From positions 672,001 through 736,000 of the forward strand of contig AE017150.2 of the NCBI GenBank assembly GCA_000002445.1: a stretch of 64,000 bases of DNA, given 5' to 3'. The stretch is from Trypanosoma brucei (taxonomy: Eukaryota). Positions 22,402 through 32,439 of the stretch are shown here, piece after piece. The translations under genes were made by a program, and so were the position numbers. Position 1 is the stretch's first letter; each line of letters starts with the position of its first letter. A model generated the notes under the pieces. That model was not told where the DNA came from, searched no databases, and saw nothing but the letters and a program-made list of their open reading frames with translations.

Positions 22402-24840
22402 TCAAATGAACTGAACCCATTCATCTTCGCCAATGGCTTCATAAACAAAGCTGTCACCTTGGAGTTCCGATACTGCCTGCCTAAGTTCCTCCATAGAAAG
22501 AGAGCCGCCCAATCTGGCATGCACATCACTCAGACGAACAGCAGGCTGCCGGTCCTGACGCTGGATGAGGCGAAGCATATTTGAAACGCGAGATAAAGTA
22601 ATCTCCTTTGAACTTTCAGCAGTTGTGAGGGCCATCTCTTCTGCTGGCGACGCGACCGCCCCTGCTGCCGTTTCTTCCACCTCCTGCCTCTGCCTCCGGG
22701 TGTTACCAGCGCCAGAAATGATGTCCACGCCAGCCCCATTTGTTAACCCTTCTGCCGATCGTTTCGCACCTTGGCGCTTTTCCATTGCGGTTGCCTTATT
22801 GTCCTCGGCACGCTGCTGTGAAGCTGCGGTGGCTGCGTGGACGGAGGCACGTAAAAGTTCCATAGCGCTCTTCACATCATCCTCATCGACTGTGGAGGAA
22901 AGCCGCAGTTTGGCATTAGCCGTAGCTAGTCGCACAATTGCTTCTAGAGTACGCGCCGTAACAAAAAACCCATCTTTTGAACCTTCTTGCTGCTCAGCCC
23001 GCAGCTGCACGTAGTGCTGACTTACCAACTGCTGTGAAGCTTCCGTGAGCGTGGGTCGACCCAATTTCGCCAACTGCACGTATGCGCGAAGGAAGTCCAC
23101 TCCAACAATAGTTTCGCCGCTACTTGTTGTGGTCATACGGAAGTCCAAACCACCACCGGCACCACCACCCTGCCTCCCTGACTGTGCCCAAACGGAGTCC
23201 ACACTGTCCACCACTGTTTTAGTAATATTCTGATCAATTTCCACAGGCTCAGCTGTCATGTGGTTCCGAAGTATGTGGCGGCCGATCCTGCGGTTATGTT
23301 CAGACGAGTGTTTGTCCAACACAATAAATGTTAGGTCGAAACGAGAAAGCAGTGACTCGGGGAGACCTACATTGAAGGCTAGACGATGATGAACGCTATA
23401 AAATCCATAAATGGGGTTAGCGGCAGCGAGAACACTGCAGCGTGCGTTAAGTGAAGCATGAATCCCCGCCTTGGCAATTGTCACAGTTTGTTGTTCCATT
23501 GCCTCGTGCATGGCTACCCGGTCCTGAGCGCTCATTTTGTCAAATTCATCAATGCAAAGAATACCGCGGTCAGCAAGAACCATTGCACCGGCAGAGAGTG
23601 AACGTTCGCCCGTGTATGCGTCAATAGAGACAGCAGCCGTTAGACCAACACCAGAGGAACCTTTTCCCGTCGTGCTGAGTGCGAGTGGTGCCACACCGAG
23701 CACAAATCGGAGAAGCTGTGACTTGGCCGTGGATGGTTCACCAACAAGAAGAACATTAATGTCCCCGCGGACGTGAGATTGGTGGGCGACACGCTCCACC
23801 CCCCCAACCATTAGTAGCAGAACGGCCTTCCGTTCATTTGTCATTCCGTAAATGGTGGGTGCAACGGCCATACTAAGCGAATTTAGAACGCCCGCCGGGC
23901 CGTCTGTTTGCGTACACTTCGCTGCGAAGGCAAACAATTTCTCTTCAATTGAAGGTACTCGACGATACATAGTAAAAGCTTGTACAGGTATCACGTGATT
24001 TACCAATACTATGGATTGAAAGCTCTTGTTATCGGAAGTAGTGTATGCCATATAAACTCCCACCAACGTTACACGATCCCCCGGTTTGACAATATCGACC
24101 AAATCGTCATCAAAGCGAAGCTCAACGGTTCGTGGGAGTTGACCAGTTGGCGCCCGTTCAGGTGCCTCCTGCAGGATGGCGCACTGCGAATCCATGAAGG
24201 TTGATAGTCCCAACTCAGTACGCAGGACATTTCCCTCCATATCTGTCTTGGGCATGACATTAACGGTTGGAAGATGTCGGCTGTCAATCATGGGTGTTAA
24301 TTGGTCACGGAATTCTTTCCTACTAAACTTATTTGTCTCCGGGCAGTAATGTACCGTTTCAAGCACCCGCGGGCGGTTAGAGGACTGACGTGTGATAATG
24401 CCTTCGAGAGCCACCATTGTGTTGAGGTGCTGCGCGTACAACTCACGGGGCGAACGCACGGTACCAACAGGCCCCTCGAAGCCAACATGGACGGCACGTG
24501 AACGGTAATCCACCTTCAAATACTCCGGCTGCTGCCTTAGCACTACATCATGCAGGGCAAGCTCTAGAAGCGGAACATATTTTCCAGGCTCACGTATAAT
24601 ACAAGCGCCGAGAGAAGCGCTCTGATTTAGCCCTAAGCCGGCTGTAGTGTCGAAACCGGTTGCCGTGGGTGTGAAGTCCAGCAGGTCACCCATATCGAGT
24701 AATAAGCGGGATCCCGACGCCGCCATCATCTCTTGTACAAGTTGATGATATTTTTCCTCATACCGCTCACTTTCAAAGAAATCAATGAAATGACGCCTAA
24801 TGAGCGTCTGCTCCTCCGTGAGGGTCCTGTTGCTAAGCAT
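22402..24840 (-). CDS. MCM3: DNA replication licensing factor MCM3 (MCM2-7 family AAA+ helicase subunit).
   Basis: 812-aa ORF. Walker A GEPSTAKSQLL. MCM-box/Walker B and arginine finger ILCIDEFDKMSAQDRVAMHEAMEQQTVTIAKAGIHASLNARCSVLAAANPIYGFY...SLLSRFDL. The GIHA.LNARCSVLAAANP.YG.Y variant and the long C-terminal tail ending in a winged-helix-like segment match MCM3 best among the MCM2-7 paralogues. Confidence 0.85.
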   Translation of the reverse strand: MLSNRTLTEEQTLIRRHFIDFFESERYEEKYHQLVQEMMAASGSRLLLDMGDLLDFTPTATGFDTTAGLGLNQSASLGACIIREPGKYVPLLELALHDVVLRQQPEYLKVDYRSRAVHVGFEGPVGTVRSPRELYAQHLNTMVALEGIITRQSSNRPRVLETVHYCPETNKFSRKEFRDQLTPMIDSRHLPTVNVMPKTDMEGNVLRTELGLSTFMDSQCAILQEAPERAPTGQLPRTVELRFDDDLVDIVKPGDRVTLVGVYMAYTTSDNKSFQSIVLVNHVIPVQAFTMYRRVPSIEEKLFAFAAKCTQTDGPAGVLNSLSMAVAPTIYGMTNERKAVLLLMVGGVERVAHQSHVRGDINVLLVGEPSTAKSQLLRFVLGVAPLALSTTGKGSSGVGLTAAVSIDAYTGERSLSAGAMVLADRGILCIDEFDKMSAQDRVAMHEAMEQQTVTIAKAGIHASLNARCSVLAAANPIYGFYSVHHRLAFNVGLPESLLSRFDLTFIVLDKHSSEHNRRIGRHILRNHMTAEPVEIDQNITKTVVDSVDSVWAQSGRQGGGAGGGLDFRMTTTSSGETIVGVDFLRAYVQLAKLGRPTLTEASQQLVSQHYVQLRAEQQEGSKDGFFVTARTLEAIVRLATANAKLRLSSTVDEDDVKSAMELLRASVHAATAASQQRAEDNKATAMEKRQGAKRSAEGLTNGAGVDIISGAGNTRRQRQEVEETAAGAVASPAEEMALTTAESSKEITLSRVSNMLRLIQRQDRQPAVRLSDVHARLGGSLSMEELRQAVSELQGDSFVYEAIGEDEWVQFI

Positions 24841-25556
24841 CTATATGTCAACCGTCGTATGCTACTGACGCGGCTTTTGTTTCTTTTTTTTTTGTGTTTG
24901 TATGTGTGGTGCTTTACCTTTTCTTTGTTTTTCTTTAATGTTTTTTTTTACCTTTGGTCTCTCCCTCGATTTATTTTACCTGCTATTTTTTTTTTTTTTG
25001 GTTGCCCTCAAAGGTGTACCCACCCCTTCTTCGAGTCCTCAGGTGTCTAAGAAGTTGTCGCGTCAAGTGGGATGAAACTGAGCGAAAAGACACAAACAGC
25101 CGCAAAAATTCGGTAAATTTCCCCACAGCCAAGGTCGGGATTCTGCGTTCGTCCCTAAGCCCGAAAGAATCAATATTGTAAACACCTATTTATTTACTGA
25201 AGGGACAAATTTATCCGAAGAAGGTAAATTTTCTACAGCCTTCTTCTCTTCCTTCATCGTACGCATACATGTGTATGTGTGTATATGTGTGGGTAAACAA
25301 CAGAAAGAGAACAGAACATATATATTAGAGCTCAGTAAAAAAAAGATAATAAAGCGCATCATTTTTTTTTTTTTAACGGGAACATTCAACTAAATAAACT
25401 CTTACACAACCATAGAAGGATGAAACTAAAGGTAAGGGGTGGTGAGAAAGACAAGCCGTACACCACATCCATGAACTCAGAAACAGCAACCACCCACACA
25501 TCTCAACAACGGTAGAGTTTGAAAGAAAAACAAAAAAAACAAGGCATCGTGTTGCG

Positions 25557-26273
25557 TTACGCCGTAATGTTGACACCACTTTCCTCGCGTGTACGCTTCA
25601 CCGCAGTGGGAAGGGCCTCAGAACCCGAGCTAAAACCCATAGCTCCACCACCACCTTTGCGGCCTTCACGATGGCAACTAAGGTTATGTAATTTCTGCAA
25701 CAGTAAGCGGATTTCATTCACTTTCATATCAAGCAAGCCCTCGTCGATATCCCACTCACTAACCAACGCAGTTTCCATTTGCTTAAATGGGGTCGTTAGC
25801 GCATTTGTAAGTTCATTAATCATTTTCTTTGCAGCGGCCTCCCGCTCAGCAGCCTCCTTATTTGCCGCGGCGCTTTTAGCTAGTGACTCTGCTTCTTTCT
25901 GCCGAAGGATCATTTCTGCCATAATGGCTTCCTCACCCACTCCACATTCCCGTTGCTGCTCCTTCACTTCCCGTTGCTCATGTGCCTCCCGTCGCAATTG
26001 CTCATTATATTCCTGACGCTTTATCGGATCGCTAAGCGTCTCCGCTGCAAGTTTCACTCGAAGGAAGGCTTCTCGTGCCTCTGGTGAAGCATCCTTATCG
26101 GGATGAAATAACAGGGCAAAGCGACGGTACGCTCGATGTAAGGCTTGAAGGTCGATACTCTCCGCCACCTCATCTAAAGAAAATATTTCGTAATACGTCA
26201 GTTGCAACACATTGTCCTTGTTAACACTGGTAGAGGAGGACCTATTCATGCTGACCAGTGACCGGGCTACCAA
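25557..26273 (-). CDS. J-domain (DnaJ/Hsp40 family) co-chaperone with a coiled-coil C-terminal half.
   Basis: 238-aa ORF. J domain with HPD tripeptide: TYYEIFSLDE...LHRAYRRFALLFHPDKDASPEAREAFLRVKLAAETLSDPIKRQEYN. It is followed by an E/K/R/A-rich predicted coiled coil and a Gly-rich tail. Confidence 0.8.
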   Translation of the reverse strand: MVARSLVSMNRSSSTSVNKDNVLQLTYYEIFSLDEVAESIDLQALHRAYRRFALLFHPDKDASPEAREAFLRVKLAAETLSDPIKRQEYNEQLRREAHEQREVKEQQRECGVGEEAIMAEMILRQKEAESLAKSAAANKEAAEREAAAKKMINELTNALTTPFKQMETALVSEWDIDEGLLDMKVNEIRLLLQKLHNLSCHREGRKGGGGAMGFSSGSEALPTAVKRTREESGVNITA

Positions 26274-26587
26274 TAGAACAAAACAAACCTAAGGTGATAT
26301 TTAACAAGTCAGAAGCGAGGAAAGAATAAGCTCATCACTGGACGTGTACGACCAACAGTGAAACGAACGCAAAAAGAAAAGTATGCTCGGTTAAACCATG
26401 GTGGGGAATGGGGAGAAGGGGGAAGTTAGAAAAGAAATAAATTAGTCGTGAGTAAAAGCCGCCACAGAATAAAACATCGATAGGGCAAAAACCACGCGTG
26501 TATTCATGCATGGATACCCATCCAATACTACACAATACCCACCAATTTTTCTTTTTTTTTTTTTAGACTGCATAATTAGAAATCATG

Positions 26588-27499
26588 TTACAGTAACTCA
26601 TCACAATCCAACTGCACCTCAGCAAAACACTGTTCGAGTGTTTCAAAACAAACATCCATGCTGCTTGCCGGTAATAGCTCTAATGGAGGTAACAGTGACG
26701 GTGCCGGCATTGGGGCCAACGGGCGACTACCACCGCAAACTACTGCGACGCTTAATTCATCCGAGCTACTGGTGAATGGCGAATCGTCATCGCTATAGTT
26801 ATTAAGTCCTCTGCGTGAGTTGCTTTTCTTCGTGCGCGCTTTGTGGCGTCGATGATTACTTTTATTATCACGTGGCACCTGATCGGACGGCGGAGGTTGC
26901 AGGTTGCTGCTTTCAGTTATGCCTCCATGCCCAAGGAATTTAAAATGAAACCCGTCCGAATTCCCTTGGCTGACACTCACAGGATTCCAGGGCGCAGAGC
27001 TCTCAGCGACAGCCTGATGTGCGGGAGAAATATAAAAATCCGATATCGTCTCTGATTCTGCGGTGGGTGTGGGTTGGATATCAAACAAAAAACTACATGG
27101 TTGCTGCTGTTGTTGATGCCTCTGCATGTTTTTCTTGCGGAGTTTCTTATTGTACGGCGCCCCACCGCGACCGGCAGCAAATGGAGTTTTAAGCGAAGCC
27201 GGTCGCGCTTTACCTGAAGATTGTCCATGCCGACCAGTAGGAGCCGAAAGGCTGTCATCCTCCATGTTGGTAAACCACAAGAATTCATGTGGTAATTGTT
27301 GCTGCCTCTTTCGGCGCTGGCGGCGAGTAGTACTTGCACTCTTTTTGCTGCTGCGTCTGCTGCTCCCACGATCGGAGCCACACGTCTCAATGTGAATAGT
27401 TGTACCTGCTGTAAAGACACCAGGGAAGTTATATTCCTCATAACTCACCTGGATGCAGTTCGGCATCTCCCTTTCCCCTCGGCCGTTGCTTTCGTTCAT
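26588..27499 (-). CDS. Hypothetical Ser/Arg/Gln-rich low-complexity protein.
   Basis: 303-aa ORF on the transcribed strand. It fills an otherwise empty 2.4-kb gap between the J-domain gene and the GRIP-like gene. Composition is strongly biased (RRSSKKSASTTRRQRRKRQQQ, poly-Q, S-rich). No domain recognised. It is kept as a gene only because the ORF is long for such sequence and co-oriented. Confidence 0.4.
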   Translation of the reverse strand: MNESNGRGEREMPNCIQVSYEEYNFPGVFTAGTTIHIETCGSDRGSSRRSSKKSASTTRRQRRKRQQQLPHEFLWFTNMEDDSLSAPTGRHGQSSGKARPASLKTPFAAGRGGAPYNKKLRKKNMQRHQQQQQPCSFLFDIQPTPTAESETISDFYISPAHQAVAESSAPWNPVSVSQGNSDGFHFKFLGHGGITESSNLQPPPSDQVPRDNKSNHRRHKARTKKSNSRRGLNNYSDDDSPFTSSSDELSVAVVCGGSRPLAPMPAPSLLPPLELLPASSMDVCFETLEQCFAEVQLDCDELL

Positions 27500-28706
27500 T
27501 ACAAAGCCGGCAGTTTCCTTTTTTTTTTACCAAGAAAAACGCGGCAGTTTTTCGAGGGTTCCTCCTCTACCTAACGGTTTCTGAAGCGCGCTCAGTTGAT
27601 TTTTTCGATGCCCAGAAGCAGTAGGCACGAGTGCGGGCGCCGTAACGGGGAGGGATTCACACTTACCACGTTGCTTGATTGAAAATAACTCTTCTTAGAG
27701 TTATCGGCCGCTATTGTTCTAGTGTAGTTACTGTTGTTTATGCCACGTCTGGCAACTTATGCTTTTATCCCTTTTTTTTTCTTCACAATATATATAATAT
27801 TTATCTTATATCGTGCCAGGATTCTCGGCTAATAAAGGAAAAAATGACACGTGTAATTATGTCCTCTACGTACTATTAATGTCGTTCCTTTTTGCTCCTT
27901 ACAAACTCTTTCTGTCTCGCAGCCACGCGCATGAAAGAGATTAAAAGGAAAAACGATAGAACACGTCATATGCCAATGCCCTGCCGCAACCCACGTGGGT
28001 AAGTTAATCTGGAAAGAAAATTGGGGGGCTGATATAATCCGCCTCCGTCTCCCCGTTTCTTTACCATTTCGACTTCACACCTCCTGCCAAAGGAACTCAG
28101 AGGCAAATACACTCGCTAACAGATTCCCTTTTTACAAATAAATATATGTATATTTGTATTTATATATTTTTTGAACAAAAAAGGAAAAGGGTATTTTTAC
28201 CGCTTCGCTCGTTCACAGAAGCCGAGCAGAGTCAATCAGATGCCGAAGGTACCTCTGAATCACCTGCCCATACTTTTTTGTCTCCTCTTTCCCTGCAACA
28301 ACAGCATTGAAAAGATGCCCAAACACTCGCCAGCAACAGCTACGCCGTAATGCGCAGAAACATCATGCAGCCACGCCAGAACCACAACAGCGAAAACAAC
28401 ATCAAGCAAACGAAGTCTACCAAAAGCAAACTCTTGAAGAAGGAACGGTTGCGGTTTGAGGAAAGATTATTAGCGAGTCTCAACTGAGCACGAGAATGAG
28501 TTATGCTTTCCAAGTTCATCCTGTGCTGTGGCACAACGCCTGGACAGACACGCAGAGGCACCAAGAGAAAAGCTGGTTACCATGCCGTAACGGTTATAGA
28601 GTGGAAGAAGTTCAAAAATCCACACAAAAACTCAAGAGATTTTGTTTTTTTTTCAACACGTAACAATAATAATAGTATAGAGTGGTGACTGCAGCACTGA
28701 AGGTGT

Positions 28707-31700
28707 TCAAGTTGTCGAAGCACCAACCTTCCCGCCGCCATCTTCTGTGATCACACCGCTGCTTTCCGCAGGTGTGTCCTTAACATTGTGGGTAACTTCG
28801 ACCGCGGCCTGCATTCCTGCATCACTTTCCCGCATTAAAAAGTCAACCCACAGTTCAGCAATGCCTGCAGTTGGTTTACCACCATCGCGTTTGGTGATTT
28901 GTGAGGTTCCAGCTTGGGATCTACGGCCTCCCCACATGCTGCTCATAATACCACCAATAAATCGACTCCCGCCACCTCCTTTTTGCTGCTGTCCGGGTTT
29001 GGGGTTTGTGGGGCCCGGTATGAGGCCGGCTTTTTCTTGCGTCGGTTCGTCCCAATTTAGCAAGCCACTGAGAACCTTCAGCATTCCATCCGACTCGGGC
29101 TTACCAGCAACGAAAGCATGAATGAAGTTTACTGTTAGATGACTGATCACACGTTTGTCGATAAGGCTCTCACCGTTCAACTGACGAGCCGTGTCACCGA
29201 GTGCCCTGCGCAGCTCGAGGTGCTTATGGTGCAATGCGCTAATTTCTACATTCTTGGCGGCTAGTTCACGCCGATATCCCTGCATAATCTCATCAACTTC
29301 CTTTTGATGACCTCGTATGCGCTGCTCTGCGTCAGCAAGCTGCCCACGCAGTTCGTCAATCTCCACCTGCAATTCCGCTGTCCGCTCCTCAATGTCTCTG
29401 CTCTTATTGAGGGTAAATGTATCAAGCACCTGCTGTAGATTTTCTGTAGCTTGATGCGACCGCAGCAGTTCCTCATCACGCTCGTGAAGCACACTTCGAA
29501 GTGTTTCGATATCATCCTCCAACCTACGCAATTTTTCTATGCTGACACCGGTACCACTCCCCAGAGCCTGCGTTCCACCAGTCTTGTCGTGATTACTACC
29601 GGTTGCCCCCTCGTCACTTCTGCTTACGTTAAATCCACGAGTAGACACATCCAATGACTGCTCTTCCTTTAGCGATTGTAACTCGTTAGTGACGCTTGCT
29701 AGTAACGTTTGAGTGTTACGATGCTCCTGCGCTTCATCCAGTTGTTGTTGTTTGAGCTCGGCAATTGTCTGTTCACACAGAGAGAGTTCCTCACGAAGCG
29801 CTCCAATAGTCTTCCATGCTTCATTAACCTGCTGTGAGACCGTTGCGTTCACCATGCGGGCATTCTCATATGTGCGTTCCATTTCCATCTGAATATGATA
29901 GGCTTGCTTGTTAGCGTCAACCAGGCGGTTAAACTCATTGACCATGAGATTCACTATATCGAAGAAAGGAATTGGCGTGCCCCCCACCTGTGGAGGAGGG
30001 AACTCTACGTTGGCGTGGACAAGAGAATTCGTAATGTTCTGTTCCAGCTGTTTCTGTGTGTGCAGCAGGCGCGCATTTTCCGATTCCAGTTCCTGCTTAC
30101 GGGTGGTAAGGGCAGATATCAATGACGCACTATCATTATCACTGCCTTTCTTGGATGACGAAGCGATTACGCCCTGCAGCTCCACTATGTGATGTTCGGA
30201 TGAAGCTAATCTGCTTGATAGCCCCGCCACCTCGGACTCGGCATCCATCAGGCGTTTCTTATCGTGTTGTTGCTCTTCTACCAATTTGATCTTTTCCTCT
30301 CTCAGTATAGCAAGTTGTTGTTGTGCCTCATTCAGTTTGCTTTGCAACTCCCGCACAACCTCCTCTTCCCGGTCGTTGCGCCCTTTGATAAACTCCGCCA
30401 CTTTACGATCATATTCTTCTCTTTCAGTGATTTTTAGTCGCTCAATTGCCTCACTTTGACTCTGCTTTGCTTCCTGCAGTTGCCGCCTCAGTAATTCAAC
30501 TTCTTCCGTAAGAATTACGGCTTGCTCGTTGTGACTCCCCGTTGCGTCAGGCACAGTGCCCCCAGGCAACTCGAGGCCGCCCTCGTCATCGCCCCTATGA
30601 TGCCGCTGCTGCCGTGCTGTGGCCAACTCGACAACCAACCGTGTCATTTGCTCTGCCTGATCCTGACACCTACAAAGAACTTCATCTTTTTCGCGTAAGG
30701 CAGCCTCAAGACTCCTCTTTCCCTCCAGTAGGAGCTCCTTTACCCTCTCCCGTTCAACAGTTAGCTTCACCTTGTCATGATCCATCGTTTCCGCAACCTG
30801 TGACATCTCGCTCATTACTTTCCTAGCGGATTCATCACTCGTCCTACTAAATGAAGGGGGCATCGCTGTTAACTCTTCCGCCAATTCATAATCCACATGC
30901 TCACTTGGAAAATAGATCGTAGTAGTATTCCCAGAGTCTGTTTCCTGTGGTGGCGTTTCGCCACTGTTCCCAGTGAGCTTCTTCTTTTTCGCACAACGTC
31001 CCTCGGTTAGGGGCGTCTGCTCATCGATAGTGTTGTACGCGGACAGCGGAGATCCTGCTTGTGGGTTGGAGCTCGCCGCCGCAGTCGCAGTCGCCTGTGT
31101 TTGCATCCAATTTTGAATGTCACCACTTGTACCTATTGCGTTTCCTTCGTGAGTATTCGCAGTTTCTTGCAGGCTGTTGTCACGATACTCTTCGCTATGC
31201 ACTGCCTTCTGCTCCACACATTTTGAATTATCCGATGCGTCCCGGTCACCTCCAGATGTGGATTTGTGCAGTTCCTCCCCAGACCTCGCAGCATTCACGA
31301 AGGGAGGACTATGAACTGTTACACCGGAACAGCTATTCGACATATCACGTTCTGGAAGGGATGTTAATGGTGCTGAGAGTGATGACGATGTTGCCGCCAC
31401 CCGATTTTTCGAGGGCGCTGCGGGCACTGCAACAGCAGGTGTTTCTGTGGCCTCTAAAGAGCGAATTGGGGGTGCTTTATAGGCTCCTGCACCCGCCGTC
31501 TGCCGAGTGGGTGGTGCTACTCGTTCACAAGATGAAGTTATGTTTCCATGACTTCCCCTTTGCTGCGATGCGACTTCTCGTATAAAAGAGCCTGCACTGA
31601 AGTTCGAATGCGCACTGCCAGCTGGTGTGTAAGGGCTATCGCACCGATTATTCCCTGAATAGCAGTCTGTGTGTTGTCCCGCAATGTGTCGACCACTACT

Positions 31701-31883
31701 TTTTCTGGCTGAAGGGCTCCTTTCCGATTGAGCGCCCCCGCCTTGCCCCACTGACACCCCAGTATTGACCTCGTTATGCAAATGACCCTGCTGAAGCACT
31801 TCTTCATCTTCAAACTGTGGAGAGGCGAGTTCTGCAGCTATATCTTTCAACCGCCGCGTAACACCATTAATGTGGTCCCACAT
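28707..31883 (-). CDS. Large coiled-coil (golgin-like) protein with a GRIP-like C-terminal domain followed by a Gly-rich tail.
   Basis: 1058-aa ORF. The N-terminal ~370 aa is Ser/Thr/Ala-rich and disordered. The central ~500 aa is heptad-rich (LEAALREKDEVL, ELLRRQLQEAKQSQSEAIERLKITEREEYDRK, LQSLKEEQS...). About 160 aa from the C-terminus, ESLIDKRVISHLTVNFIHAFVAGKPESDGMLKVLSGLLNWDEPTQEKAGL aligns with the GRIP consensus (...EYLKNVLLQFL...RE.LLPVISTLLQFSPEEKQK). The invariant Tyr is replaced by His. Confidence 0.8.
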   Translation of the reverse strand: MWDHINGVTRRLKDIAAELASPQFEDEEVLQQGHLHNEVNTGVSVGQGGGAQSERSPSARKSSGRHIAGQHTDCYSGNNRCDSPYTPAGSAHSNFSAGSFIREVASQQRGSHGNITSSCERVAPPTRQTAGAGAYKAPPIRSLEATETPAVAVPAAPSKNRVAATSSSLSAPLTSLPERDMSNSCSGVTVHSPPFVNAARSGEELHKSTSGGDRDASDNSKCVEQKAVHSEEYRDNSLQETANTHEGNAIGTSGDIQNWMQTQATATAAASSNPQAGSPLSAYNTIDEQTPLTEGRCAKKKKLTGNSGETPPQETDSGNTTTIYFPSEHVDYELAEELTAMPPSFSRTSDESARKVMSEMSQVAETMDHDKVKLTVERERVKELLLEGKRSLEAALREKDEVLCRCQDQAEQMTRLVVELATARQQRHHRGDDEGGLELPGGTVPDATGSHNEQAVILTEEVELLRRQLQEAKQSQSEAIERLKITEREEYDRKVAEFIKGRNDREEEVVRELQSKLNEAQQQLAILREEKIKLVEEQQHDKKRLMDAESEVAGLSSRLASSEHHIVELQGVIASSSKKGSDNDSASLISALTTRKQELESENARLLHTQKQLEQNITNSLVHANVEFPPPQVGGTPIPFFDIVNLMVNEFNRLVDANKQAYHIQMEMERTYENARMVNATVSQQVNEAWKTIGALREELSLCEQTIAELKQQQLDEAQEHRNTQTLLASVTNELQSLKEEQSLDVSTRGFNVSRSDEGATGSNHDKTGGTQALGSGTGVSIEKLRRLEDDIETLRSVLHERDEELLRSHQATENLQQVLDTFTLNKSRDIEERTAELQVEIDELRGQLADAEQRIRGHQKEVDEIMQGYRRELAAKNVEISALHHKHLELRRALGDTARQLNGESLIDKRVISHLTVNFIHAFVAGKPESDGMLKVLSGLLNWDEPTQEKAGLIPGPTNPKPGQQQKGGGGSRFIGGIMSSMWGGRRSQAGTSQITKRDGGKPTAGIAELWVDFLMRESDAGMQAAVEVTHNVKDTPAESSGVITEDGGGKVGASTT

Positions 31884-32439
31884 GCGTTAACCTCGCTTCC
31901 CTGCTTCTTCACGGTACTATTTTTATTTTGACCAAATCAAAGTTACTATCCGCTTGCACGGCTACACCGACGTGGTTGATACCCCTCCTCGTTTCGCACC
32001 ACTTTGTTTCTTCCGGTGTGTGCAGTTGTGTGTGGGAAACAACAAGTGAAAAGTTTATTATCCTCACCTCCTTACCACCTTTTGTCAAAATATATGTATA
32101 AGACAACAGATTCAAAAATAAAAAAAATCAGGGTGCTGCAGAAGTGCTGAAAAGGGCAATAAGCACACAAAGGGCCTTGGAATGCCCGAAACGGCCACTC
32201 ACCAAAAAATGAAACATGCCGTTATATGGTAACTAGCAGTGCAACGTGTTATCAAATATGTCCAAGTTTTCATTTTTCACCTTTAACCGATATGTTTTTC
32301 TTTGCCGTTTATCAAATTTGTAATAAAATAAGGAGCGAGAATTCACCCACGGATACAGAGGCGAAAAGAGCGGACGGTAAACCAAATGCTCATGTGGTTC
32401 GGGCCCGCCATCCAGCTACGTAGCGCAAGACCTCGGAAC

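Noticed and set aside
22565-23014. 149-aa plus-strand ORF antisense to MCM3.
   Set aside because: Antisense artefact inside a high-confidence CDS.
25519-26016. 165-aa plus-strand ORF antisense to the J-domain gene.
   Set aside because: Antisense to the HPD-containing J-domain CDS. Ser/Ala-rich composition typical of reverse-frame translation.
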